Positions 11,250-21,410 of a DNA stretch of 64,000 nucleotides are shown piece by piece. The notes under the pieces were generated by a model. It had not been told where the DNA came from and searched no databases. It worked only from the letters and a program-made list of their open reading frames with translations. Position numbers and translations under genes: made by a program. The stretch spans positions 2,688,001 to 2,752,000 of the forward strand of contig CAXXJJ010000004.1 of the NCBI GenBank assembly GCA_963667015.2, given 5' to 3'. The stretch's first letter is position 1; every line of letters starts with the position of its first letter. The stretch comes from Desulfatiglandales bacterium. GTDB lineage: Bacteria; Desulfobacterota; DSM-4660; Desulfatiglandales; HGW-15.

Positions 11250-12641
11250 TTGATGCTCAAAGTAAGCAGGATTTTATGTATAGTAATACTTTTTTTTATA
11301 TGTTTTATGCAAAACACAGCTTCAGCCGGCGGGAAAAAATTTAATCTTACCGATTCAGCCTTACTCGAGGGCCTGGAAGTACTTGATCTTAAAACCGCTC
11401 AAGAGATCGCCATAAAAGGAAACCCATCCCTTGATGCAGCAAGAGAAAGAGTAATTCAGGCCAAAAGACAGCTTATGCAGGCGTGGGGCGCATATTTACC
11501 ATCAATAACTGCAACCGGCGGCAAGCGTCGTTCAATTATGTCTGACAATGACTATGAAGCAGCACTTCTGCTCGACCCCTATGCGACTGATACTACAGAT
11601 TCATACAGCGCCGGTATTTCCGCATCATGGACGCTGTTTAACGGCTTTCAAAGGGAATATAACCACATGAGTGCTCGCTATGGTAAAAAGAGCAGCATAG
11701 AATCAAAAAACAATGTGTTAAGACTCCTGCTCTATCAGGTCGCAGCAAGTTATTTTAATGCCCAGCTTGCAAAAGAGAATATTAACATTGCACTGGCCAA
11801 TGAAAAATTCAACCAGAGACAGCTTGCTGAAACAGAGGCAAGGTACAGGGTAGGTACAGGCTCTTTAAGCGATGTCCTCAATTTCAGAATCCGTATAAAC
11901 TCGGCAAAATCCCAGCTTATATCAGCCAGACAGAGCTATGAGGTGGCACAGTATGGGCTGGCCAGCCTTATGGGTATACCTGACGCGAAACTGCCGTCAC
12001 ACATTGAACTTAGCAAGCTTGAGGATGAAACAGGCGATGAACTGGTTATTCCGGATTCTTCCACTTCAGTGAATTATGCCATAAACCACCGCCCTGATCT
12101 CATACAGCGAAACCACCTTTACAAACAGGCAAAGGCAGGTGTAGGTTCTGCAAGATCAGGTTACTACCCGAGCGTAAGTATTACAGGTTCACTAGAAGAT
12201 TCATACAGGCTCGACCGGGAATTTGAAAAAGAGGATTTGGATAAGTCCCTGATGCTGAATATTTCATTTAATCTGTTTAACGGCTGGCAGACTACTGCAA
12301 GAGTGGGAGAGGCAAGATCAAGGGTAAGGGAATCTCAAAGGAATATCGAAGATACCCAACTCACTGTGATAACGGATGTTGAATCGGCTGTTATAAAATT
12401 GAAGGCAGCACAGGATCAACTTAAACTCCAGAGAGAAAACACAAAACTTGTCCGGGAGACAAGAGACCTGGTAGAAAAGGAATATACTGCCGGACAGGGG
12501 TCCCTTGTAAGGCTCAATGAGGCACAGCGTGACCTGGTCACGGCAGAAAGTAACCTTGTTCTTTCACTGGTCTCCATGCGCCAGGCATGGGAAGGACTAA
12601 AATCAAGTACCGGAGAAATTTTAGCCGAGCACGTGGAATAA
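11250..12641 (+). CDS. TolC-family outer membrane protein
   Basis: Signal peptide, two OEP repeats (A..GNPSL / A.NHRPDL, YRVGTGS / YTAGQGS). Confidence 0.92.
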   Translation: MMLKVSRILCIVILFFICFMQNTASAGGKKFNLTDSALLEGLEVLDLKTAQEIAIKGNPSLDAARERVIQAKRQLMQAWGAYLPSITATGGKRRSIMSDNDYEAALLLDPYATDTTDSYSAGISASWTLFNGFQREYNHMSARYGKKSSIESKNNVLRLLLYQVAASYFNAQLAKENINIALANEKFNQRQLAETEARYRVGTGSLSDVLNFRIRINSAKSQLISARQSYEVAQYGLASLMGIPDAKLPSHIELSKLEDETGDELVIPDSSTSVNYAINHRPDLIQRNHLYKQAKAGVGSARSGYYPSVSITGSLEDSYRLDREFEKEDLDKSLMLNISFNLFNGWQTTARVGEARSRVRESQRNIEDTQLTVITDVESAVIKLKAAQDQLKLQRENTKLVRETRDLVEKEYTAGQGSLVRLNEAQRDLVTAESNLVLSLVSMRQAWEGLKSSTGEILAEHVE

Positions 12642-12647
12642 AAACAA

Positions 12648-12682
12648 AATCAGCGGAAATGCAATTTGTATTTCCGCTGATT
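12648..12682. terminator. Hairpin/terminator after the RND operon
   Basis: aatcagcggaaatgcaa / ttgtatttccgctgatt inverted repeat. Confidence 0.6.
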
Positions 12683-12976
12683 ACTAAAAAATATTTTTCC
12701 TCATTTTGCCTTTAATAATTGCTTTTTCTTAAAGATGGTTCCATACCGGCCAACAGCATTTTCCATAAAAATCAACACATACTACCTTCATACCTGGCAT
12801 GTAATTTCAGTTAAATTTTGCACATGAAAAAGTGCAGCATGCCCATTATTATGTGCAAAATTCTTTGGAATGATAATCCCCTTTAACACGAATTCTATTA
12901 GCGGTGCAATCCTATAAATCCATGAAACCCTTGTCTGTCAACACTCTTAAAAATTAAGCCTGTCAATAAATGCAGA

Positions 12977-12992
12977 TGGCATGAATATTGTA
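12977..12992 (+). promoter_or_regulatory. Possible sigma54 promoter (imperfect -12)
   Basis: TGGCATGAATATTGTA 40 bp before the 13032 ORF; enhancer-like palindromes at 12819-12857. Confidence 0.35.
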
Positions 12993-13031
12993 TTTTAGCG
13001 ATGCGGTTAAAGTTACTGAGGGAGATAGATA

Positions 13032-13376
13032 ATGAATACGCGCGCTGTTCCGGTTGAGAATTTAGATAGATTGCACATACTCCTTGTAGACAATAATCCC
13101 GTTTCACTTGAGAAAAAGGCCTTTCTGCTTGAACGTTTTGGATGTCTTGTTACATGCTCCACTAATGGTATTGAAGCTAATATCCTTTTAGAAACATATT
13201 CTGAAACATTTGATGTTGTAATAGCCGATAATTCAGTGACAGGCATGAGCAAAATTAAATCTGAAAGATCACCGGCAGATGCTCCTGTTGTCCTGTATAT
13301 TGATAAAGATATTCTTGAAGACGTTTTCATTGATGATATTTTTTTAACAAATATGTCATCCTGGGAACTTAATTAG
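13032..13376 (+). CDS. Degenerate or truncated receiver-domain protein
   Basis: ILLVDNN, FDVVIAD; conserved KP motif absent; RBS gaggga. Confidence 0.55.
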   Translation: MNTRAVPVENLDRLHILLVDNNPVSLEKKAFLLERFGCLVTCSTNGIEANILLETYSETFDVVIADNSVTGMSKIKSERSPADAPVVLYIDKDILEDVFIDDIFLTNMSSWELN

Positions 13377-13577
13377 ACTCGATAAAAAGAAGGGCTACGC
13401 AAGCAGGTGATCCTTTCAGGAAAAAACACCTTCTTTATCATCAGGAATATTACTTGATTAGATTTTGGCCATTTTAAAACCTTTGTCTTTTCACTATCAC
13501 AACATTTGAACTTTTTTTACATCTATTAATCACCTGATACATCATGGCCAGTGTAATTATATCGGGAACTGTATAAC

Positions 13578-14015
13578 ATGGAGAAAAATCCCATGGAGAA
13601 AAATATAAGTCAGACTGCAGATACAGACAGAATTCGCGTATTAGTTGTTGACGATGACCCCGGAATGCTTGAAATAACCGTTCTTTTACTGAATCACCAG
13701 GGTTATCTTGCTACACCTGCCACTGGCAGCAAAGAAGCCATCACCAGGATAAAAGAAACCCCTGACGGTTTTGATGCCGTACTTACCGATTATGGCATGC
13801 CGGTTATAAATGGAATTGAACTGGCAGGAATGATTAAAGAACTCCCGGTAGATATACCTGTCATCCTGTATACCGGCAAAATTGACTACATAGACGAAAC
13901 ACGGCTTGCCCGGATAGGAATAACTGATATTGCCCAGAAGCCATGTAAAATTGATAAACTGGATTCAGTTATAAAAAAAGCTGTAAATAAAAAAAGAGCA
14001 CAACCCGACTTTTAA
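13578..14015 (+). CDS. Single-domain response regulator (REC)
   Basis: VLVVDDD, FDAVLTDYGMP, ILYTG, QKP. Confidence 0.9.
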   Translation: MEKNPMEKNISQTADTDRIRVLVVDDDPGMLEITVLLLNHQGYLATPATGSKEAITRIKETPDGFDAVLTDYGMPVINGIELAGMIKELPVDIPVILYTGKIDYIDETRLARIGITDIAQKPCKIDKLDSVIKKAVNKKRAQPDF

Positions 14016-14262
14016 CAGGCACCACCTAAAAAGATCAATAAAGACAGTTTAAAATTATAAAATGAAATATTCCTTAAATATTAAACAGTTCTCTAATCTA
14101 TTTGATTATTAGAAATCTCTTTACTCTACTTTTTGTTGACAATTTTTCCGAATTCAATACATTCCCTTAAATACCTGCTTACACACATATCATAATTTAC
14201 TAATAACATATGATTTTAAAACTGAGATTATTTATCTACCTATTAACTAAAGAGTAATTGTA

Positions 14263-15117
14263 ATGAACTCAAATAATATAAATACCAGAGAGAAATCCAA
14301 TCGGATAATCCTTTTTGCGGATCTAAGAGATTCGACAAACATACAGTTGAACTTTGAAAATGGTATATATTTTTCGAAAAAAAAGGATTCGGACAATGAA
14401 TTCACCTATGAAAGTTTTATTCGCGATGTCCATGAAACAACCTACATGGAATTCTATTTATACCATGAATACACCTTTGCTGAAATCTATGGAGACGGTA
14501 TTATGGCCGTATTTCCGGAAGACAACGGCAAGTACATTCTTGAAAATATCTACAGGCTTACCGGCAGAATGAGACGTTACAATGATTCACTAAAGGAAGA
14601 ACCAATTCGCCCTGGAATAGATATAGGTTGCGGTATTACGACAGGAAAGATTTCGTTTGCACATTATCATTTTGATGAAAGAGACCACGCACTGGGGCCA
14701 GCCATACACGAAGCAGCCAGAATAGAGAGTGTATCAAAACGTTATGATGCCAGAGTTTTGATATCTCAGCATTTTTTAAGCTATATCCAGGACTATATTA
14801 ATACGGATTCCAGGTTTTCGTATCGTTTTATAGATCGTCTTGTATTATACGGCTTCCACAAGCCTGTTATTTTATATGAACTATTAATGGATAACGACCC
14901 AAGGTTTGAGATAAAGAAAAAATCGGTTGACGCCTATAACAGAGCCTATAACATGTATTGCAACCGTGACTGGATAGGAGCCAGGGATATTTTTTATGAT
15001 ATATTCATGAAATATGGCCTTGGCACAAGCTCTGTTATGGCAAACAGATGTGACAGGCTTATCAAAAATGAGCCTGAAGGCTACTGGGAAGGGATCTGGG
15101 ATTCATCAAAAAAATAG
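14263..15117 (+). CDS. Class III nucleotidyl cyclase domain protein with atypical specificity residues
   Basis: ILFADLRDST, EIYGDGIMAVF, IGCGITTG, LGPAIHEAARIES, C-terminal helical tail ending WEGIW. Confidence 0.85.
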   Translation: MNSNNINTREKSNRIILFADLRDSTNIQLNFENGIYFSKKKDSDNEFTYESFIRDVHETTYMEFYLYHEYTFAEIYGDGIMAVFPEDNGKYILENIYRLTGRMRRYNDSLKEEPIRPGIDIGCGITTGKISFAHYHFDERDHALGPAIHEAARIESVSKRYDARVLISQHFLSYIQDYINTDSRFSYRFIDRLVLYGFHKPVILYELLMDNDPRFEIKKKSVDAYNRAYNMYCNRDWIGARDIFYDIFMKYGLGTSSVMANRCDRLIKNEPEGYWEGIWDSSKK

Positions 15118-15129
15118 AGGTCAGCCGGT

Positions 15130-16395
15130 ATGATAAAAAGCTTAAAATTTAAAGGTAAAGTTGCGCTTTGGTTAGGATCAACTGGACTAATTATTGCTGT
15201 TGGAATTTATTTTTTCCCAAAAGAATATGGAGAAAAATCCTTCTGGGAAACACTGTATACCACTTTAAGACTCTTTGTCTTCGAACATGATGAAACAGCC
15301 TTTCCCAGCTCATGGCCTCTTATCCTGATATACTTCCTTGCCCCTGCCGTTACAATTTCGGCAGTGGGAACCGCAATCTCCTACTTTTTTCGACTTACCC
15401 CTGCAATAAAAACCAGATGGCTGTCAGACCATATAGTGGTCTGCGGGATGGGACGCACAGGAAAGCTTTTTACCTCAACATTAAAGTCAAAAGGATTAAA
15501 GGTTATCGGCATTGACAACGGGGCACCCGATGATTTTGAAGAATTTTCGGATCAGCACCGCGTGCCCATGGTATATGGTGACTTTAACTCACGCGCAGTA
15601 CTGGAAAAGACCGGGGTAGCCAGGGCACGTTCAATCATTTTCGCCTCGGGTGACGACCTGGCAAACCTTGAAGCAGCCCTTTCCGCCTACAGCTGGCTTC
15701 ACTCGGATGCTGATCCGGTCCGTCTTATCTGGGCACAGATAACGAATGACCAACTGGCCAACAGGGCAAGAGCTGTTGTGTGTACACCCGGCAAGGTGGG
15801 TATACGTTTTTTTGATACCTACAGAATTGCGGCATTAAGGGTGGTCGAAAAATATTTCTACAGGGAGGAGCGGGAAGGACTAAACGAGATTAATGTTCTT
15901 GGTTTTGGAAAATTCGGCAGCGACCTTTTTGATGTACTTGTACAGGATCTCCATTCTGATGAAAAATATAATATCAGGATAATTGACAAGCATGATAGAA
16001 AAAATGAAGTCGTATCCATGTCAGAAAGCCTGGGGGTGTCAGACAGGGTGAGTTTCCGGCAGAGCGCCATACAGGATCTGAAATTATCCGGCAATACAAA
16101 AAGGGCCTATTTTGTCTGCACGGACGATGACATGGGAAACCTGATCACTGCAATGACCCTGGCATGCGATGACAATGCAACACGAATATACGTGAGGATG
16201 GAACACTGGCCTCTTTCCGGTGTTGCGGAAAATCTGGGTAAAGACCGGGGTGTTGTATTCATAAACATCAAGGAGCTGGTTATCCAGGGGCTTGAAAATC
16301 TACCGGGTATTTTTCAATTACCAGAGGAATCGGATTTGAAGCGCAATAGATTGAATTGTTCTTCACCATCCATTTTAAATGAATGCAGCGAATAG
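15130..16395 (+). CDS. 2-TM membrane protein with two TrkA-N/RCK domains (K+ channel-like)
   Basis: TM, pore-helix-like SFWETLYTTLRLF, TM; HIVVCGMGRTG and VLGFGKFG Rossmann motifs; DDLANL / DDMGNL. Confidence 0.8.
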   Translation: MIKSLKFKGKVALWLGSTGLIIAVGIYFFPKEYGEKSFWETLYTTLRLFVFEHDETAFPSSWPLILIYFLAPAVTISAVGTAISYFFRLTPAIKTRWLSDHIVVCGMGRTGKLFTSTLKSKGLKVIGIDNGAPDDFEEFSDQHRVPMVYGDFNSRAVLEKTGVARARSIIFASGDDLANLEAALSAYSWLHSDADPVRLIWAQITNDQLANRARAVVCTPGKVGIRFFDTYRIAALRVVEKYFYREEREGLNEINVLGFGKFGSDLFDVLVQDLHSDEKYNIRIIDKHDRKNEVVSMSESLGVSDRVSFRQSAIQDLKLSGNTKRAYFVCTDDDMGNLITAMTLACDDNATRIYVRMEHWPLSGVAENLGKDRGVVFINIKELVIQGLENLPGIFQLPEESDLKRNRLNCSSPSILNECSE

Positions 16396-16407
16396 TGATC
16401 CAGGGAT

Positions 16408-16434
16408 GCAGGTCGGGTTAAGAACCCAACCTGC
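16408..16434. repeat. REP-like palindrome between convergent genes
   Basis: GCAGGTCGGGTT-aag-AACCCAACCTGC (one mismatch). Confidence 0.55.
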
Positions 16435-16483
16435 CTGGCTTAACGATATACAAACCAGCAGCCGGTGACGGCAGGCGGGGCCG

Positions 16484-17527
16484 TTATTTTTTTTCCGACT
16501 CTGCTGCAGGCGGCTCGACATCTCCCCAAAGATAGCGTGCATATTTCAGGTAGCCCTGAACATTGTTGAGGCGGGCGTCAACATTGGTTTCAAGAGGCAT
16601 GACGTTGCCGTCAATCAAGGGTCGCAGATATTTTGCCAGTTCCATGGCACCGCCGCCGCTGATGATAATGAGATCAATATCCCAGTCGTTAGCCCACAGG
16701 CGCCTGACATCGTTGGCAATGATGCTGGCTGAATGCTCGAATACCTTATCACGTAGTTTTGAGATGTTATACTCTTTGCCCCGGATCTTGATTAATCCGG
16801 TTTCTATGGCTTTGTAAAGCCGGTACAGTTCGATGTCTACATTGCTCTCTTCTCGCAACTTTTTGGCGATGGCACTGAAGCTCTCGGAAATCCCGGTATC
16901 AGAGGTGCTGCTGCCTCTCTGGATATACTCCATCCCCTGGAAAATACAACAATCGGTTGTCCGGAAACCGATATCGATGATGCCGATTTTTTGCTTGGCA
17001 AGTTCACGGTTTGTAAATTTACCGGAATCGCTCATCAGCAGATTTAAAAAGCTGCCGAGCGGCTGTGGGAGGATCTTCAGGTTGTTGATATTAACCCGTC
17101 TGCTTTCGCCTGGTCCGTCGCCATTATAAAAGACGATTTCATGAATCCCCTTGAGCATTTTCATCAGACGCTGGTTATATTCTCTGTAGAAGCCGACCGG
17201 AAGTCCGGTTACAACGTTGACGTTGGCATAGCTATCGGAAAGATTGCTTATGGCCGTCATAGTCAGGACCTTGCTGAATTCGGTAAGAAGTTTCTCCTGA
17301 TCGAGGGTAAACTCCCGCGTATCGGAATGCTGCTCCGCGAAATCTCCCACGAAATAGGCCCGACCATCTATCTCGACATGCATGCAGGGGCCGGCCTCGC
17401 TCTTTACTACGGGCAGCCTGAACTGTATGTCAGTCGCTTCCCCTAAAACGGATTTGAACAGAATAGACTCTTTTCCATCAGTAGCTTTTGTAAAACCGAA
17501 TCCAATATCTACTCCTACGACATCCAT
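16484..17527 (-). CDS. ParM/StbA-family actin-like ATPase
   Basis: Phosphate-1 VGVDIGFGFTK, VVTGLP, phosphate-2 IIDIGFRTTD, adenosine ISGGGA, NVQGY. Confidence 0.9.
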   Translation of the reverse strand: MDVVGVDIGFGFTKATDGKESILFKSVLGEATDIQFRLPVVKSEAGPCMHVEIDGRAYFVGDFAEQHSDTREFTLDQEKLLTEFSKVLTMTAISNLSDSYANVNVVTGLPVGFYREYNQRLMKMLKGIHEIVFYNGDGPGESRRVNINNLKILPQPLGSFLNLLMSDSGKFTNRELAKQKIGIIDIGFRTTDCCIFQGMEYIQRGSSTSDTGISESFSAIAKKLREESNVDIELYRLYKAIETGLIKIRGKEYNISKLRDKVFEHSASIIANDVRRLWANDWDIDLIIISGGGAMELAKYLRPLIDGNVMPLETNVDARLNNVQGYLKYARYLWGDVEPPAAESEKK

Positions 17528-17703
17528 TTAACGCCTCCCGGTCCTAATGTAAAAATTATATATATTCATCTGCGCAAGCGTACCTTTTTTTGGGTGGAAT
17601 TATACCCCAGAATTACAATAGGTTGTCAAGAATTAATCTGTATGACACTTCAGAGACAACAAACGATAAATCGTGCCATAAAGCGGAACAATCCAATAAT
17701 ATT

Positions 17704-17862
17704 TTATTCGCTTCCAATTACCTCATCAAATTTTATCGATTCACCTGCACCCCAATTATTGTCGTATTTACCCTGCCTCACGTATTTATGGAAGCTCGAA
17801 TATTCCCAATTCCCGGGTGCTTTAACATGTCCATGTTTAACAGGATTGTAATGAATATGTTC
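17704..17862 (-). pseudogene. C-terminal remnant of a REP-associated tyrosine transposase (RAYT, IS200/IS605 Y1 family)
   Basis: Minus-strand translation EHIHYNPVKHGHVKAPGNWEYSSFHKYVRQGKYDNNWGAGESIKFDEVIGSE*; no start codon and no HUH part upstream. Confidence 0.8.
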
Positions 17863-18023
17863 AGCAATCTTGTATAATATGAGTTCAAAAATAATTATCC
17901 TGTTTCTGAATTACAGCCAGCCAATATCTTCCATGAATCTTTCTATCTGCTTATATCAATCTTGATACTTTGTCTCACTCGTGATAGTGAATTATGAAAA
18001 TAATTTAAAAGGGTAAAACAGGC

Positions 18024-19094
18024 ATGAAAAAAAATATCGTTATCGTACTGCTAATCGCACTTACTGTTTTTATTTACTTTAGACAGGATAATAAGAATTA
18101 TTATGACATGATAAATGCTGTATCAGGAGCAACCCCTCTGGCAATCGCAAGAGAAACCCCTGACGGTGTTTCATTAACCATAGATGGTCTTGTTAAGCAG
18201 GAATACCGTTTTAACTCATCTGCTCTTAACGGCTTTGCTTCTACACGAATCAGGACAAAGGAATTCTCATCAGATGGGAAATTCCTCGGGGCTTATGCCT
18301 ACACCGGCATTCCGGTGTTTAATATTCTGGAAGGTATAGCTCCTGAAAAAGAGGCTGATGCGGTTTTTAATCAGCCCCTGGATATCCTGGTAAAATTTGT
18401 TTCCGCTTCAGGTGCAAGTGTCGATTTTACATTCAACGAAATTATTATGGCTGATGACAGTCTTCCTGTGACACTCGCATATTACAGGGAGCCCATTAAA
18501 CCCACTGCTGACAATGTAAAGGACACCTATGATAAAAATAACATGACAGAACCCCTCAACGGCCTCAGGCTTATCGCTCCAGGAGAACCGGATGTAAGCC
18601 GATACCTGGATAATGTCGTTAAAATAACATACACGACACTGCCTGCCCCTGATGCCCTTCTCCCTGTACGTAAAAAAGGACCCAGGTGTGCAAGCAGTGC
18701 TATTACATGCATAGACGGGGAAAATACATATCAGGCAACCTTTGAAAATGTTAATCGGATGGTTAAGGATAACTGGGCGCTGATAGGTCATGGGCACGGA
18801 TATGAAGAAAATGTGGAGGCAGAGGGTTTTGAACTGAGATCCTTTTTGAATGCAAATTTTAAGGATATCAGCCCTGATGATTACTTCCTGTTTACAGCCT
18901 GCGACGGATACAGGTGCCTTTTTTCATGGAGAGAAATTTTCGCCGTTGAAAAGGGTAAAGAGATGATGATTGTTGATATAATTAACAAAGAATTGCCTGA
19001 AACCGGTTTCAGGCTCGCACCGACCGAAGATTTTTTTAATGACAGATCAATGTGGGGGCTGTCCTATGCGGTCAGGCTTAATTCACCCGAATAG
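18024..19094 (+). CDS. Exported protein with molybdopterin-dependent oxidoreductase-like domains
   Basis: N-terminal TM; LTIDGLV, YTGIPVFNIL, FTACDGYRCLFSWREIF. Confidence 0.5.
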   Translation: MKKNIVIVLLIALTVFIYFRQDNKNYYDMINAVSGATPLAIARETPDGVSLTIDGLVKQEYRFNSSALNGFASTRIRTKEFSSDGKFLGAYAYTGIPVFNILEGIAPEKEADAVFNQPLDILVKFVSASGASVDFTFNEIIMADDSLPVTLAYYREPIKPTADNVKDTYDKNNMTEPLNGLRLIAPGEPDVSRYLDNVVKITYTTLPAPDALLPVRKKGPRCASSAITCIDGENTYQATFENVNRMVKDNWALIGHGHGYEENVEAEGFELRSFLNANFKDISPDDYFLFTACDGYRCLFSWREIFAVEKGKEMMIVDIINKELPETGFRLAPTEDFFNDRSMWGLSYAVRLNSPE

Positions 19095-20319
19095 CAGATA
19101 CCCCGCACTGTATATAAAAATATTATCTTCAATTTTTTTATGGGGAATTCTGTTTTCACAGGGACTTTTTGCCGGGGACGTTAATGACGGTTTGGAATCA
19201 AGGCTTAACAAGCTGGTCCGGAATGGCTCCTGCATTGTTATAAAAAACAACAGTTACATCGCCTCATATAATCCTGATACGCCATTTATCCCGGCAAGCA
19301 TATGGAAGATTGTAACCGCCCTTGCCGCCCTGGAAAACCTTGGAGAAGGTTATCGTTTTAAAACCGAATTTTACCTGGACAGCGACAGCAATCTTTATAT
19401 TAAAGGATTTGGAGATCCATTTCTTATCTCAGAAGAAATAGATTCCATTTTCAAGGCGCTGACACACAAAGGGGTTGCTAAAATAAACAATATTTACCTG
19501 GATAACAGTACATTCACCGGATCTGAAGCGCCGTCCGGGATCGGCTCAAGCCTGAACCCCTATGATGTTACAAATGGAGCGCTGGCAGTAAATTTTAATA
19601 CTATTAACTTCCACGTTGATGAAAAAGGTGTAACAAGTTCAGCAGAAAAACAGACCCCGACTCTCCCTGTCATGAAGGAACTGGGAAGAGACTTTAAAAA
19701 GGGTACTCATCGTATTAACATATCAAGATCACCGGAAAATGTGTCAAGACACGCTGGGGAACTTTTCAGGGCATTCCAGCGTCAACACATGATTTCCGGG
19801 AAGGGAAAAGAAATAATCGGCAAAACGCCTGCCGGGCTTTCACCCTGTTATATTCATTACTCTTCCAAAACCCTTAAAGATATAATCAAGGCAATGATGC
19901 TCTATTCCAACAACTATATTGCGAACCAGATATATCTCACCATGGGGGCTGCGGCATACGGCTATCCTGCAACCTGGGAGAAATCGCAAAAATATTTGAG
20001 GAACTATCTTGATAAAAATCTTCCGGAATATTCAAAATCAATTGTTTTTGATGAAGGATCGGGTATTTCAAGAAACAACAGGATAGCCGCGCATGCCATG
20101 ATCAAGGCGCTTAATAAATTTAAACCCTACGCAGCCCTGCTTCCGCTTGAGGGTGGAAGATTTATTAAATCAGGGACATTAAGAGGTGTTTACTCATATG
20201 CGGGTTATTTTATCCGGGACGGAAATTATGACAGCTTTGTAATAATGCTTAACCAGAATAAGAATACCCGGGATAGAATCCTTAAATTGCTGGAAAAGCA
20301 ATACAAGGATGCTCCTTAA
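19066..20319 (+). CDS. dacB: D-Ala-D-Ala carboxypeptidase/endopeptidase (peptidase S13, PBP4)
   Basis: PASIWK (SxxK), KGFGDP, YSNN (SxN), EGSGISR, KSGTL; start uncertain. Confidence 0.88.
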   Translation: MRSGLIHPNSRYPALYIKILSSIFLWGILFSQGLFAGDVNDGLESRLNKLVRNGSCIVIKNNSYIASYNPDTPFIPASIWKIVTALAALENLGEGYRFKTEFYLDSDSNLYIKGFGDPFLISEEIDSIFKALTHKGVAKINNIYLDNSTFTGSEAPSGIGSSLNPYDVTNGALAVNFNTINFHVDEKGVTSSAEKQTPTLPVMKELGRDFKKGTHRINISRSPENVSRHAGELFRAFQRQHMISGKGKEIIGKTPAGLSPCYIHYSSKTLKDIIKAMMLYSNNYIANQIYLTMGAAAYGYPATWEKSQKYLRNYLDKNLPEYSKSIVFDEGSGISRNNRIAAHAMIKALNKFKPYAALLPLEGGRFIKSGTLRGVYSYAGYFIRDGNYDSFVIMLNQNKNTRDRILKLLEKQYKDAP

Positions 20320-20331
20320 AAAAACAACAGT

Positions 20332-20355
20332 GCGGACACATGGGCCTGCCCCTGC
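20332..20355 (-). repeat. Degenerate REP-like element
   Basis: Minus strand GCAGGGGCAGGCCCATGTGTCCGC; G(C/T)AGGGGC head like the 23766 element; between convergent genes. Confidence 0.4.
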
Positions 20356-20461
20356 CTGAGAATTATGAAACATTCAAAAGAAATTGACTCCTGTCAGTTT
20401 CTGGATTGATTGTTTTTAAGTATAATAAAAAAGATCATAAGAGCAAAGCAGCCTATTCTTT

Positions 20462-21202
20462 TTATTCTGCCGCCTTAAGTATCTTATCCCCAAAGCCTAT
20501 GGTGATCTTCTGTCCGGGTTTCAGCCGAAGGTAATCTTCTTCAGGCCAGTCACCATTTAGTAAATTCCTAATGAGCTTTATATCGCCTGTCATTTTTTCA
20601 AAACGCCAGCCCTTTGTCTCCGCTTCTTTGCGTACAAACCTTTCCTCGTTTTCAGCATCAACTATATTCTGCTCAATAAATACAACCCGCTCATAGTTTT
20701 TTGTCATGTCACCCATGGATGCTATTATCCTGTCTGCCCTTTCCCTGCCCATACGTTTTACCATTGCTTCATAGGCCTTTTCATCGTAAAGTTCTGCTGA
20801 TGATGCACCCATGCCCGAAAATTCCGTGGCATTATCAAGGCGTTCCATATAGTCTTTTGTGTACCATATTGTACCGGGGCAGACCGCCTGCTGTTTATTA
20901 TATTCTTCCTTTGATCCAAGACAAAGGGTGATACAGTCATGGGCGCGCGGTATTACAATGGGTATATCCCGTGCAGTCAGACCCGAAGTCGCCTGTCCGC
21001 ACAGGCCATAACACAGGAGTATTGCATCATAGGTAGTATCGGTGACACCATCGATTTTATCCTGAAGTGTCCTGTTAAGCTCCTTTGGTTTTATATGCTG
21101 CCCCATAGAGACGAGTTCGACATCAATTAAATGAGGAGAACGGGCAGAACACAGGTATGTCTGTCTTGCAAGGGCATCGCAGCTTATGCATTTAAATTTC
21201 AT
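20462..21202 (-). CDS. DUF1638 domain protein
   Basis: ILLCYGLCG, IPRAHDCITLCLGS, PGTIWYT, LIRNLLNGDW. Confidence 0.8.
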   Translation of the reverse strand: MKFKCISCDALARQTYLCSARSPHLIDVELVSMGQHIKPKELNRTLQDKIDGVTDTTYDAILLCYGLCGQATSGLTARDIPIVIPRAHDCITLCLGSKEEYNKQQAVCPGTIWYTKDYMERLDNATEFSGMGASSAELYDEKAYEAMVKRMGRERADRIIASMGDMTKNYERVVFIEQNIVDAENEERFVRKEAETKGWRFEKMTGDIKLIRNLLNGDWPEEDYLRLKPGQKITIGFGDKILKAAE

Positions 21203-21410
21203 ATTTACTCCCTGATTACGGGCTAGGGTTTCAGTACAACCTACCATGAGCATATACCTGAGTCAATTATTCGATTTCCTATCCTGCTGAAAGCCCTGGC
21301 AAATTGCCCTTTATTTTTTAATTTCCGAATGTTATAGATTAATGCCTGTCCGGTTTAAGGAACTCTTTGCATTAATCAACAACACTCATATTTACATGAA
21401 AGGATTTCTC

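Noticed and set aside
17590..17877. Two plus-strand ORFs (95 and 85 aa)
   Set aside because: They lie opposite the RAYT remnant, which explains the sequence better
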